The notes below the pieces were generated by a model, which was not told where the DNA came from, searched no databases, and saw only the letters and a list, made by a program, of their open reading frames with translations. Source: Candidatus Omnitrophota bacterium (GTDB taxonomy: Bacteria; Omnitrophota; Gorgyraeia; Aquiviventales; Aquiviventaceae). From it: DNA of 64,000 bases. The translations under genes were made by a program, and so were the position numbers. Shown here one piece after another: positions 26,928 to 36,337 of the stretch; position 1 is the first letter of the stretch, and every line of letters begins with the position of its first letter. The stretch spans positions 6,865 to 70,864 of the forward strand of contig JACQWM010000007.1 of assembly GCA_016209275.1 (NCBI GenBank), read 5' to 3'.

Positions 26928-28927
26928 CCGGCCCCCTTGGGGTCCTGCTGCAGCACGTCGCGCACTTTCGCCAACAAGTCTTCGAGCTGAAACGGCTTGG
27001 CAATGTGGTTGTAGGTCGGATGATCCAGCCCCAGCCGTTCATCGGTGCGCTCGCCTTTGCCGGTCACGATGATGACCGGGATGTCTCTCGTGTTGGGGTT
27101 TTCCTTCAGGAGATGATAGACCTCGTACCCTTCCATCACCGGCATCATCAGATCCAGCAGAATCACGTCAGCGTGGTGGAGCTTCAGCAGCTCAAGGGCT
27201 TGGAGCCCCCCCTCGGCGGCCAGGACGTCATAGCCGCGGTGCTCCAGCGCCTCGGCAATGAATTGCCGCACTTTCGGCTCATCGTCCACGACCAAGACGC
27301 ACGGCTTGACTTCCTGGGCATGCTGGACTTGGCGATCGGCGGCGCGCAAGAGCTCCTCATCATTCAGGGCGTCATCGGGGTAGGTCGCCGTGGCAACTGT
27401 CACAGAGACCTTGATCGCGCGGCCGTCCACGGTCAGCCGCCAGGCGTTGATGGTGCGCAGCAGCCGCGCCATGATCGTCTGGGCCGTGGCTTTATCGACC
27501 TCTGAGAGCATCACGACCATCTCGCCGCGGTGCCACCGAATGACGACATCGCCGGCCCGGCGGCGGATGGTATCCCGAATGAGCAGCTCCATCTCCTTCA
27601 GCATCCGGCTCATTTCCTCCAGCCCGTACAACGCCATCAGCTCCTGGAACTTGACCACCGCCACGACCGCAATCGAAAAGGGGGCCTGCCGGCGTTTCGC
27701 CGATTCAACCCCCGCGCGGAGGTATTCGCGGAAGACGTCATCCAAATGCTGCTTGGGCAGGGTGAAGGAAAACACGCTGCCCTTGCCCGGCTCGCTCGAG
27801 GCTCGAATGGACCCCCCGTGCAGCTCAACCAGCCGCCGGCTGATCGCCAGCCCAAGCCCGGTGCCTTTGGAGCCGCTGCCGCCGATGCTGCGGCGGAACT
27901 GCTGGAATTTCTCGAAGAGCTTCGGCAGATCATCCGGGGCGATCCCCACCCCGGTATCGGAGACGCTGAATTCGAGCTCCGTGGACTGCTCAAAGACCGC
28001 CAGGCGCACTTTCCCGCCAGGATCGGTGAATTTGATGGCGTTGCTCACGAGATTCACGAGCACTTGCGTCATTTTATCGGCATCCACGAAGAGGCTCGGC
28101 AGCCCCGGAGGAAGGTCCGTCTCAAGGCTGACGCGCTTGCTCTCCGCCAGGGGCCGCATCGACTGTATCACGGCATCGACCAGCGCCTGAGGCTCCACCA
28201 ACCGCTTATTCAGCAGCACCCGGCCGGCCTCGATTTTCGCCATGTCGAGGAGGTCGTCGATGATCCGAGAGAGCCGATCGACATTGGCGGTGATGATGGA
28301 GAGATATTCCGTCTGATCCGGCGTGACGTCGCCCGCGATCCCATCGGCGATGATGGCGGTGAACTCTTTGATGGTCGACATGGGCGTGCGCAATTCGTGG
28401 CTGACCATGGAGACGAAGTCGGTTTTGAGCTCATCCAAGCGCTTGAGCTCATCATTAGCGCGCCGCAGCTCGACATTGCGCTCCTCCAGCAGCCGGGCGT
28501 GCTCCCACAACTCATTCTGCAGCTGCTCGCGCTCATCCTTCAAGTGCTTGCGCTCCAAGACCTCGCGGATCACCACCGGCAGCGCCGTCAGATGGCCCAT
28601 GTGGGGGGATTTGATGATGTAATCGTAGGCGCCGAGCTTCATCGCCTCAACCGCCAGCACCTCATCGCCGTGGCCGCTTAAGATGATGCACACCGCTCCG
28701 GGTTTCATGGTGGTAATCCGCCGCAGGATTTCCGTGCCGTGCAGATCGGGCAGCTTCATGTCCAGCAGGTACACATCGAAGGAGGCCGCCACGATCCGCT
28801 CCAGGCCTTGGCGGCCGGTCCGGCAGACGTCGACGACGAAGCCTTCATGCTCGAGGGCTTCCTTGGTCAGGAGGGCTTGCCCTTCGTCGTCCTCAATCAG
28901 GAGAATGGAGCGTGGGGTCTGGTCCAT
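26924..28927 (-). CDS. hybrid signalling protein: REC - coiled coil - HisKA - HATPase - degenerate GGDEF-like domain - REC
   Basis: N-terminal receiver, H-box (SHELRTPMSTI), N/G boxes, then a GGDEF-fold-like segment lacking the GG[DE]EF motif (RWHRGEMVVMLSE...), then a C-terminal receiver. Confidence 0.75.
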   Translation of the reverse strand: MDQTPRSILLIEDDEGQALLTKEALEHEGFVVDVCRTGRQGLERIVAASFDVYLLDMKLPDLHGTEILRRITTMKPGAVCIILSGHGDEVLAVEAMKLGAYDYIIKSPHMGHLTALPVVIREVLERKHLKDEREQLQNELWEHARLLEERNVELRRANDELKRLDELKTDFVSMVSHELRTPMSTIKEFTAIIADGIAGDVTPDQTEYLSIITANVDRLSRIIDDLLDMAKIEAGRVLLNKRLVEPQALVDAVIQSMRPLAESKRVSLETDLPPGLPSLFVDADKMTQVLVNLVSNAIKFTDPGGKVRLAVFEQSTELEFSVSDTGVGIAPDDLPKLFEKFQQFRRSIGGSGSKGTGLGLAISRRLVELHGGSIRASSEPGKGSVFSFTLPKQHLDDVFREYLRAGVESAKRRQAPFSIAVVAVVKFQELMALYGLEEMSRMLKEMELLIRDTIRRRAGDVVIRWHRGEMVVMLSEVDKATAQTIMARLLRTINAWRLTVDGRAIKVSVTVATATYPDDALNDEELLRAADRQVQHAQEVKPCVLVVDDEPKVRQFIAEALEHRGYDVLAAEGGLQALELLKLHHADVILLDLMMPVMEGYEVYHLLKENPNTRDIPVIIVTGKGERTDERLGLDHPTYNHIAKPFQLEDLLAKVRDVLQQDPKGAG

Positions 28928-28935
28928 GCCGCGTG

Positions 28936-29379
28936 TCAGTCGGGAAAGCGCACCACATCGAGAAACAGCCCCAGGGCCCGGACGCGCTCTTGAAAGTTTT
29001 CATACTGGATCGGCTTGACGATGTAGCTGTTCGCCCCCAGCTTATAGCACCGATTCACTTCGGCCTGGTCGTCGGTCGAGGTGAGCATCAGCACCGGAAT
29101 CAGCTTCAAACGCGGATCCGTCTTCACCCTTTCCAACACTGAAAAGCCGTCCAGCTTCGGCATTTTGATGTCCAGGAGAATCAGGCCGGGTTTCGGCGAT
29201 TTGCCCGCGTCCTGGTATTCGCCGCGCCGCAGCAGATAGTCCAGCGCTTGCTGGCCATCGGTCAGCTCGATGATATCATTGATAATGCCTCCCGCCCGAA
29301 GATTTTCCCGGATCAGCAGGCGATGACCCTCATCATCCTCCACCAGCAGAATCACAATGGATTGCTTTTCGTCAGTCAT
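28936..29379 (-). CDS. stand-alone response-regulator receiver
   Basis: ATG at 29379 (MTDEKQSIVILLVEDDEGH) verified. D-D-K receiver motifs. The ORF-track N-terminal extension (to 29712) overlaps the upstream kinase and is rejected. Confidence 0.8.
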   Translation of the reverse strand: MTDEKQSIVILLVEDDEGHRLLIRENLRAGGIINDIIELTDGQQALDYLLRRGEYQDAGKSPKPGLILLDIKMPKLDGFSVLERVKTDPRLKLIPVLMLTSTDDQAEVNRCYKLGANSYIVKPIQYENFQERVRALGLFLDVVRFPD

Positions 29380-29383
29380 CGCT

Positions 29384-31525
29384 TCAGCCCTCCGCTGTTC
29401 GCTGCTGATGGCGAGGCAGCGTGAAATAAAACGTGCTGCCCTGCCCCCGCTGCGAGACGACCCAGATTCTGCCGCCGTGGGCGCGCAGAATCTTGCGCAC
29501 ATAGGACAGCCCGACGCCTTCGCCGGGCACATCCACCGCCTGCAGGCGCGTGAACATCTGAAAGACCCGCTCTTGATCCTCCAGGGCGATGCCAATACCG
29601 GTATCGCGCACAAAACACTCGACACCGCCCTCCGTGTCCCGGCCGCCGATTTCAATGAAGCGGATGCCGGTGGCCCCCATATAGTTAACCGCATTGGACA
29701 CCAGATTGGCAAACACTTGGTTGATTTCGTTGCGCCGGCAGGGGACCTGGGCGGGCAGCGGGTGGCGGATCACCTGGATCGCCGCCTCCTTGAGCTGATG
29801 CTGCACGGTGGCGAGCGCGTCATCCACAATGGCATCCAGATCGTGCGGCTGCGGCGGATCGGCTCGCCGTCCCACGCGGGAGACGGCCAGGAGCGAGGCG
29901 AGCAGCGCGTCCATCTTCTCCACGCTTTTGGAAATAAACCGCAAGGATTCCGCGCACCGCGACTGCAGCTCCTGGCGCAAGGCGGTGATGTGCTCGGACA
30001 GAGCCTGATCGGCGCAGCGGCTCTGGGCGCGCTGCAGCGTGTCCACAGCATCTTGAATGACCGGGGCCAGCCGCGTGGAGAAGCCCTGGATATTGATGAG
30101 GGGTGCCCGCAGGTCGTGGGAGACGACCCGCAGCACATCTTCCATTTCTTGATTCACGGCCGAGAGCTCCTGGGTCGAGCGCTCCAAGCGTTTGGTGTAT
30201 TCTTCCAGTTCCGTTTTGGACGCCTGCAGCTCTTCGACCATGTGGTTGAACGACCGCGCCACATCGCTCAGCTCATCGTTGGTCGCCACCGGCACGTGCT
30301 GAGAGAGATCGCCGTACTCAGCGATCTTCCGCGCCGCGTCGGTCAGCTCGGCGAGCGGACTGGTGACCCCGCGCGTATAGTAGCGCCCCAGCAAAATCAC
30401 GATCCCCAGCACCTCAAACGCCACGACCCACGAAAACCGCACAAACTGCTGCAGGGGGAGCGCGAAATCCGACGGAAACGCCACGGACGTGAAGAGGTGC
30501 GGCGGGTTCATCGACCGCACAAACGCCACCACCCGGTGCTGGCCGACGCGATCGACCCACACGCCTTCGCGATCCCACCGGCTGAGGTCCGATTCGCGAA
30601 AGCGTTCTTCCGCGACATGGCGATACCCGCGCGGATGCGCGGAGATAATGCTCCCATCGGCCACGTTCGACTCAAACACATAGCCCTGGCTTCCCAGAGC
30701 CGCGTCCTGCAGCACCATCAGCCGTTCAGCCGGACGGGTCACAAAGCTCAGGCGCACCGCCGCCGCCCGCAATTGGGTCAGCGCTCGATCGCCCATGTAC
30801 CGCTCAGTAATGATTTGGCCCAGCTTGTAGGCCGCCGGCTGCAAGAGGCAGACGGCCGCAATCGCCAAGACGCACACCGTCCCAAGGAATTTGGCTTCCA
30901 GCGAGGCGCGAAACAGCGGCCTCGGGTGCCGCAGCTGGATGCTGCACCAACTGAGCACGGGCTGCAGCGCGCGCGCCGTCCCGAAATAGCAGAACGCTCC
31001 CTGCATGCCGCCCACCAGCGGGATCGCCGGCAGCGTCTTGACGATTTCGATGAAGGGCAGATGGGCCCCGACGTAGACCACGGCGATGCCAACCGCATAG
31101 GCGATGGCGGCCGCGACAAACGCGGAGCGCGCCACGTCCCATGGCAGCCGCAGGGCGCGCTCATACACCATCAAACATTCGGAACGATCCACCGGGCCGC
31201 CGGCGGTCCACCGGCTGAGCGCGTCGTGGATGGGACGATACCAGCGCCGGGGCAGGGCCACCACGCACACGCCGCCGACGAAGGGCAGGGCCACCACATG
31301 CATCCAGAGCATCCAGCGCTTCTGCTCCTCGTTCAGCAGCCAAGAAAACCAGGCATAGGTCAGCGCTAAGCCGAATCCGAAGACGACAACAGCCAGGCTC
31401 CAGACCCGCAGCAGCCGCAGCAGCGTTCTCCGCGGCGTTGGCAGCCCACCGGTGCTGGTCCTGGTTGTTGCCGCGGCTGATGGCTTCTGATGTCTGGCGC
31501 TTGTTTGATGATCGTTCATCATCAT
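29384..31525 (-). CDS. sensor histidine kinase with 6-TM N-terminal module, intra-membrane-loop sensor domain, HAMP, HisKA, HATPase
   Basis: Five N-terminal TM helices, a ~120-aa predicted extracytoplasmic domain, a sixth TM, a HAMP-like linker, H-box (SHDLRAPLINIQGF) and N/G1/G2 boxes. Paralog of the next gene. Confidence 0.8.
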   Translation of the reverse strand: MMMNDHQTSARHQKPSAAATTRTSTGGLPTPRRTLLRLLRVWSLAVVVFGFGLALTYAWFSWLLNEEQKRWMLWMHVVALPFVGGVCVVALPRRWYRPIHDALSRWTAGGPVDRSECLMVYERALRLPWDVARSAFVAAAIAYAVGIAVVYVGAHLPFIEIVKTLPAIPLVGGMQGAFCYFGTARALQPVLSWCSIQLRHPRPLFRASLEAKFLGTVCVLAIAAVCLLQPAAYKLGQIITERYMGDRALTQLRAAAVRLSFVTRPAERLMVLQDAALGSQGYVFESNVADGSIISAHPRGYRHVAEERFRESDLSRWDREGVWVDRVGQHRVVAFVRSMNPPHLFTSVAFPSDFALPLQQFVRFSWVVAFEVLGIVILLGRYYTRGVTSPLAELTDAARKIAEYGDLSQHVPVATNDELSDVARSFNHMVEELQASKTELEEYTKRLERSTQELSAVNQEMEDVLRVVSHDLRAPLINIQGFSTRLAPVIQDAVDTLQRAQSRCADQALSEHITALRQELQSRCAESLRFISKSVEKMDALLASLLAVSRVGRRADPPQPHDLDAIVDDALATVQHQLKEAAIQVIRHPLPAQVPCRRNEINQVFANLVSNAVNYMGATGIRFIEIGGRDTEGGVECFVRDTGIGIALEDQERVFQMFTRLQAVDVPGEGVGLSYVRKILRAHGGRIWVVSQRGQGSTFYFTLPRHQQRTAEG

Positions 31526-31538
31526 CTGTGACGTGAAA

Positions 31539-33560
31539 TTACTGACGGCTCAGCTCAGTATACCGCATGGCCATCGGCAACGTGAATATGAAGGTGCTCC
31601 CCTGCCCTGGCTCCGAAACCACCCGGATCGTGCCCCCGTGCGCATGGAGGATCTTGCGCACGTAGGCCAACCCGATGCCTTCGCCGGGGACGTCGATCGT
31701 CTGCAACCGAGTGAAGAGCTGGAAGATCCGCTCCTGATCAGCCGGGGTGATGCCAATGCCGGTATCCCGGACGTAGCACTCCGCGAACTCCCCGTGCGCA
31801 GCGCCGCCGATCTCAATCTGGCGTGTGGAACATGCTCCCATGTACTTGATGGCATTGCTCAACAGGTTGGAGAAGACCTGGTTGATTTCGTTGCGCCGGC
31901 AGGGGATCTGGGCGGGCAGCGGGTGGCGCACCAGCTCAATCTGTTGCTCCTTGAGCTGATGGGTGAGGGTCGCCAGGACATCATCGAGGATCTGGTCGAG
32001 ATCATGGGGCGCGATGGGATCCGCCCGGCGGCCGACGCGGGAGATGGCCAGCAGCGAGCCGAGCAGCGTGTCCATCTTCTCGACGCTCTTGAAGATGAAT
32101 TGCATGGATTCCTGGATCCGCTCCGGCGCGCCTGGCGTAGGAGTCTTCAGGAGCTGGTCGAGGCGCTTGGCGAAGCCTTGGATGTTAATCAGGGGGGCGC
32201 GCAGGTCGTGGGAGACGACCCGGAGCAGATCTTCCATTTCTTGGTTGAGCGCGGAGAGGTTTTGCGTGGACTGCTCGAGCCGCTCGACCATCTGATTAAA
32301 GGAGTGGGCCAAGTCGCTGAGCTCATCGTCCGTGGCCACGGGGACGTGCTGAGACAAGTTTCCTGAGCCGGCGATGGCCCGGACGGCGTCGGTTAATTCG
32401 CCGAGCGGCGTGGTCAAGCCGCGGGTGTAGTAGCGCGCAAAGAGAAACACGAGGCAGAGAATCTCGGCGGTCACGAACAACGAGAAGAAGACAAAGCGGC
32501 GCAGCGGAGCGGAGAAATCATCCGGAAACGACACCGAGACCAGGGTCCACGGCGGATCGCTGATCCGGAGGAACGTGATAATCCGATGCTCTCCGACGCG
32601 ATCAATAAGCGTGCCTTCGTCGCCGGCCCAAAACTCGCGATGGCGTTGAAAGAGCCGCTCTTGCGACAGGGATGTATACCTTAGCGCATGGGGAGTCTCG
32701 ATGCGGCCCTCGGCGGTGCCGGCCACAAAGACATACCCATGAGCCCCCATCACGGCTTCATGAAGAATCTTCATTCGCTCGCTCGGTGGCGTCACAATGG
32801 AAATTCGCGCCGCGGCCGCGCGCAATTGGGTCAGCGCCCGATCGCGCAGATACTGCTCTGTGATCGTCTGGCCCAGGGTGTACGCCGCCGGCGGCAGAAA
32901 GCAGACCGCCGCAATCGCCGAGACCCAGGTGACGGCGAAAAACTTCACCCCAAGCGAGACGCCGCGGAGGGGGCGCGGAACCTTCAGCTGCGCGCTGCAC
33001 CAGACCGCCACCGGATACCATCCCCGGATCGTTCCAAAGTAGCCGAAGCTTCCGCACATGCCGCACACCAACGGGATGATGGGCAGCGCTTTCAGCACCT
33101 CCACCCACGGCATCTCAACAGCGACGCGCATGATGACGATGCCGATGGCGGTACCAATGGTGATCATCGTCGAGGCAAGGATGGCCACTCGCCACGGCAT
33201 CCGTAGGGCATCCTCGTAGAGCTTCGTGCATTCTACCCGGCTGATGGGCGCACCCGCAACCCATGACATGAGCTTTCGATACATTGGGCCATAGTACAAC
33301 AGCCACAGATACACCCAGCACGCGACCCCCCCGACCGGCGCGATGACAAATACGATCGAGATCAGCCACCGCCACTGAATGGGATCCAGGAGCCAGGCGG
33401 AGCGGAGATACGTGAGGATGACGCCAAACCCGAACACCACCAAGGTGGCCAGCCACACACGAAAGAGGTACAAAATCACTTGGAGGGGTGCCAAGGGAGG
33501 TGCGTGCTCATTGCGCGTGAGAACATCCGCTGGCGCTGCCGCGTCGCTGAGGTTTTTCAT
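31539..33560 (-). CDS. sensor histidine kinase, tandem paralog of 29384..31525
   Basis: Same architecture and collinear similarity of roughly 45-50% (e.g. YYTRG(V/L)T(S/T)PL(A/G)ELTDA.R.IA..G(D/N)LSQHVPVAT(N/D)DELSD). Confidence 0.8.
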   Translation of the reverse strand: MKNLSDAAAPADVLTRNEHAPPLAPLQVILYLFRVWLATLVVFGFGVILTYLRSAWLLDPIQWRWLISIVFVIAPVGGVACWVYLWLLYYGPMYRKLMSWVAGAPISRVECTKLYEDALRMPWRVAILASTMITIGTAIGIVIMRVAVEMPWVEVLKALPIIPLVCGMCGSFGYFGTIRGWYPVAVWCSAQLKVPRPLRGVSLGVKFFAVTWVSAIAAVCFLPPAAYTLGQTITEQYLRDRALTQLRAAAARISIVTPPSERMKILHEAVMGAHGYVFVAGTAEGRIETPHALRYTSLSQERLFQRHREFWAGDEGTLIDRVGEHRIITFLRISDPPWTLVSVSFPDDFSAPLRRFVFFSLFVTAEILCLVFLFARYYTRGLTTPLGELTDAVRAIAGSGNLSQHVPVATDDELSDLAHSFNQMVERLEQSTQNLSALNQEMEDLLRVVSHDLRAPLINIQGFAKRLDQLLKTPTPGAPERIQESMQFIFKSVEKMDTLLGSLLAISRVGRRADPIAPHDLDQILDDVLATLTHQLKEQQIELVRHPLPAQIPCRRNEINQVFSNLLSNAIKYMGACSTRQIEIGGAAHGEFAECYVRDTGIGITPADQERIFQLFTRLQTIDVPGEGIGLAYVRKILHAHGGTIRVVSEPGQGSTFIFTLPMAMRYTELSRQ

Positions 33561-33890
33561 GGAGTTTTAAGCCCTGTTAAGGGGCATTACGTGAAGTATA
33601 CCTGACGGAGGCAGCGCGAAACAATGCAACAGCAAGATGGGCCAACGGTTAGAACGGTTAGAGCGTCGCGGCCCAGCGGAGAAACCGCAGGAGGATCGTG
33701 GGGTGGCGGATCACAAACGCGGCGAAGCGGGCGGCGGTGATGTCCTCGGCATGGAGCAGCCGGCCCTGCTCATCCAGCACGCCATACGTCTCCAGGCGCC
33801 AGCGCAGCAGCGGGGAGCGCCAGGGAGTGAGGACGTACGGCCAGCTCAGGCGAATGGCGACAAGAAGCATACGAAACCACAGCATAAAAA

Positions 33891-34020
33891 TTACCAATTA
33901 CCAAGCACCAATGACCAAACAATCACCAATTTTCCAATGACCAAATCACCAAACGTTTGGTTATTGGTCATTCAGTCATTGGTCATGGTTTGGTAATTGG
34001 AATTTGGTTATTGGTTATTT
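33891..34020. repeat. CCAA-heptamer inverted-array element (~130 bp imperfect palindrome), copy A
   Basis: Left arm ttaCCAAttaCCAAgcaCCAAtgaCCAAacaatcaCCAAttttCCAAtgaCCAAatcaCCAAacg is mirrored by tTTGGttaTTGGtcattcagtcaTTGGtcatggtTTGGtaaTTGGaatTTGGttaTTGGtta, centred on aaacg|tttgg. About 80% identical to copy B. Confidence 0.75.
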
Positions 34021-34557
34021 TGTTAACAATTTGGTGGCAGCCAAAGCAGCGTCGTAGTTCGGATGGGACGTCACTTCCGGCACGTACTCGACGTAACGCA
34101 CGGTCCCGCTGGCGTCGACCAAGAAGATCGCCCGGCTCAACAGGCGCAGTTCTTTGATGAGCGCGCCATAGGCGGCGCCGAATGACGCATCGCGGTGGTC
34201 CGACGCCGTCATGACGCGACTGATGCCGGCCGCCCCGCACCACCGCTTTTGGGCAAAGGGCAGATCCATGCTGATGGTCACAATCGCCACGTTCGGCAGC
34301 TTGGCCGCTTCTTCGTTGAACCGCCGCGTCTGCGCATCGCACACCGGCGTATCCAGCGAGGGCACCACGCTAATCAAGAGGGGCTTGCCTCTGAACTGCC
34401 CCAGGGTGATGGGCGAGAGATCCTGCCCAAGGAGTTGAAACTCCGGCGCCTTGCCGCCAACGGTGATTTCTGGCCCAAGCAGGGTGAGAGGACCTCCTTT
34501 AAAGGTCACAACACCTCGGCGTTCCTTCCCTAATGCGGTTGCAGTAGCAGTGGCCAT
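34015..34557 (-). CDS. tpx: thiol peroxidase (atypical 2-Cys peroxiredoxin, Tpx)
   Basis: VTFKGGPLTLLG N-terminus and the peroxidatic Cys in SLDTPVCD. Confidence 0.8.
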   Translation of the reverse strand: MATATATALGKERRGVVTFKGGPLTLLGPEITVGGKAPEFQLLGQDLSPITLGQFRGKPLLISVVPSLDTPVCDAQTRRFNEEAAKLPNVAIVTISMDLPFAQKRWCGAAGISRVMTASDHRDASFGAAYGALIKELRLLSRAIFLVDASGTVRYVEYVPEVTSHPNYDAALAATKLLTK

Positions 34558-34668
34558 CAGCGCCTCCCTCAGGTTTCACGCGATGAGACTTTTATCCTAC
34601 GGGAAAGCTCTTGCTGCGTCAATACATCACACCTTGACGAGCCTCGCACTCGCCGATAGAGTGAACCT

Positions 34669-35805
34669 ATGAGCCTGACCCTGCTCTTGCATGGCCGGCT
34701 TGGCCCGACCGTCAACTATGCACCGCTTGGCTCCTGGCTGCTGCCCTGGCGCATCGGCGATGGGCAAGCGGAATATGCCGCATTGCAGCAGGCGGCAGCG
34801 CTCATCGACTATTCGACCCTCGCCGCCATTGAGGTGCGCGGGGCGGATCGCGTGAGTTTCCTACAACGGCTCGTCACGAACGACGTGGCGCGATTGGCCC
34901 CCGGCCAGGGGTCTCCGGCAGCCCTCCTAGATGCGAATGGAAAAATGCTCGCGGTCTTTCTCATCCTCATGGATCAGGAGGGGCTGTGGCTGCTGTGTGA
35001 TGTGGAGCGCGCAGCGCTCATCACGCCGCTGCTGGATCGCTACCTCTTCACCGAGGAGGTGAAGGTCCTCAACCATGAGCGCCGATGGGCCGCGCTGGCC
35101 GTGCAGGGACCGAAGGCTCTTCCCTTCCTTCGCGAGCTGACCGAAGCCGCTCCGAAGCCCCCTGTAAACAGCGGGGCGAAGGAGGGTGAAGCCGCTCTCT
35201 CGCTCATGGCGAGCGGCGATCATCTCCTCGCGACTCTTGAGGGAAACCCCGTGCGGCTGATCCGTCATGGAATCACCGGAGGCGATGGCGTAGTACTCCT
35301 CGTGGAGGCTAACACCGCCGAGCACACCTGGCAGTTCTTGAGAGATCGCGGCCAAAACTTCGGGCTGCGCGTCAGCGGCTGGGAGGCGCTCAACATCGCG
35401 AGGATCGAGGCTGGCATTCCGTGGTACGGCATCGACATGGATGCCTCAAACCTGCTGCCGGAAACCGGACTGGAGGCCACCCATGCCAGCGGCACCAAGG
35501 GCTGCTACATCGGCCAGGAAATTGTGGCGCGGCTGAGCACGTATGGCTCGCCGAATAAAAAACTGATGGGCTTGGTGTTGGGCGAAGGAGCCAGCGTGCC
35601 TGCCTCAGGCGATGAGATCCTGCATGAGCAAGAGTCGATTGGACGGATTACGAGCGGCTGCTACTCATGGCGTTTGAAGCGGCCGATTGCCATGGGGTAT
35701 GTGAAACGGGGCCGCGACGAACCGAACACGCCGGTGCAGATTCTTCACGGTCAGACGCGATGCCACGCCACTGTGGTGAGGCGTCCTATTGCTGCCAGTA
35801 CCTGA
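34669..35805 (+). CDS. GcvT-fold folate-binding protein (YgfZ/aminomethyltransferase family)
   Basis: GcvT-like N- and C-terminal domains (…YGSPNKKLMGL…), 378 aa. Not next to other glycine-cleavage genes, so YgfZ-like is more likely than GcvT. Confidence 0.55.
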   Translation: MSLTLLLHGRLGPTVNYAPLGSWLLPWRIGDGQAEYAALQQAAALIDYSTLAAIEVRGADRVSFLQRLVTNDVARLAPGQGSPAALLDANGKMLAVFLILMDQEGLWLLCDVERAALITPLLDRYLFTEEVKVLNHERRWAALAVQGPKALPFLRELTEAAPKPPVNSGAKEGEAALSLMASGDHLLATLEGNPVRLIRHGITGGDGVVLLVEANTAEHTWQFLRDRGQNFGLRVSGWEALNIARIEAGIPWYGIDMDASNLLPETGLEATHASGTKGCYIGQEIVARLSTYGSPNKKLMGLVLGEGASVPASGDEILHEQESIGRITSGCYSWRLKRPIAMGYVKRGRDEPNTPVQILHGQTRCHATVVRRPIAAST

Positions 35806-36337
35806 CGAGCTCCTGCATGTGGGTGAGGGTGGCGAGGTTCGGCATCCGATCGAGGAACACCTTGCCGGCCAAGTGATCGCATTCATGCTGGATGACGCGC
35901 GCAAAAAAGCCGTGCGTGGAAAACCGCGCTCTTTCCCCTTTGCGGTTGTAGGCTTCGACCTCCAGCGACTCGGCTCGCGGCACCTGCCCTCGCAACTCAT
36001 GCACGCTCAAACAGCCCTCCCAATCGACCAGCTGTTTTCTTGAGGCGTTGAGGATCTTCGGATTGATCAGCACCGTCAGGGGGATCTTGCCTTCCCCAGG
36101 ATAGCGGCGGTTATCCGCCACTTCGATGACGGCAATCTGCCGGTTGACATAGACCTGAGGCGCGGCTAAGCCGACCCCGTCATAGTCGCGCATCGTCTCG
36201 ATCATGTCGTCGATCAACCGCTGGGTCTGTGCGGACGTGATGCTCTCCTTCGGCACCGCCTCCGACGGCATGCGAATCACCGGATGTCCCAGCCGAGCGA
36301 CCTTGAGAATGGACATCTGTGAATTATCCAGAAACAA
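35786..36337 (-). CDS. def: peptide deformylase
   Basis: GVGLAAPQ, EGCLS and HE.DHL (QHECDHLAG) motifs. Confidence 0.88.
   Translation of the reverse strand: MFLDNSQMSILKVARLGHPVIRMPSEAVPKESITSAQTQRLIDDMIETMRDYDGVGLAAPQVYVNRQIAVIEVADNRRYPGEGKIPLTVLINPKILNASRKQLVDWEGCLSVHELRGQVPRAESLEVEAYNRKGERARFSTHGFFARVIQHECDHLAGKVFLDRMPNLATLTHMQELVRYWQQ

Noticed and set aside
28936-29712. The 258-aa ORF-track model for the receiver gene, and similar long N-terminal extensions on moxR (to 51277), the AKR (to 25484), moeZ (to 21060), the NlpC/P60 gene (from 38789) and DUF4340 (from 56035)
   Set aside because: The extensions overlap upstream genes or consist of unrelated low-complexity sequence. Internal ATGs at conserved N-termini were verified in the sequence and give compact, non-overlapping or ATGA-coupled genes.
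29357-31369. 670-aa plus-strand ORF, plus many other 100-400-aa ORFs antisense to or overlapping the annotated genes (e.g. 15056..15646, 42750..44162, 45864..46883, 48030..49124, 27530..28681)
   Set aside because: They lie antisense to, or out of frame within, genes with clear homology-type signatures. Their translations are Arg/Ala/Pro/Gly-rich low-complexity typical of spurious ORFs in high-GC DNA. No motif support.
33637-34342. Small ORFs overlapping the CCAA-heptamer element (33637..33996 +, 33957..34157 +, 33983..34342 -)
   Set aside because: They are a product of the repeat structure (runs of Pro/Asn/Gln/Trp codons from CCAA/TTGG arrays), they overlap tpx, and there is no RBS-like context.
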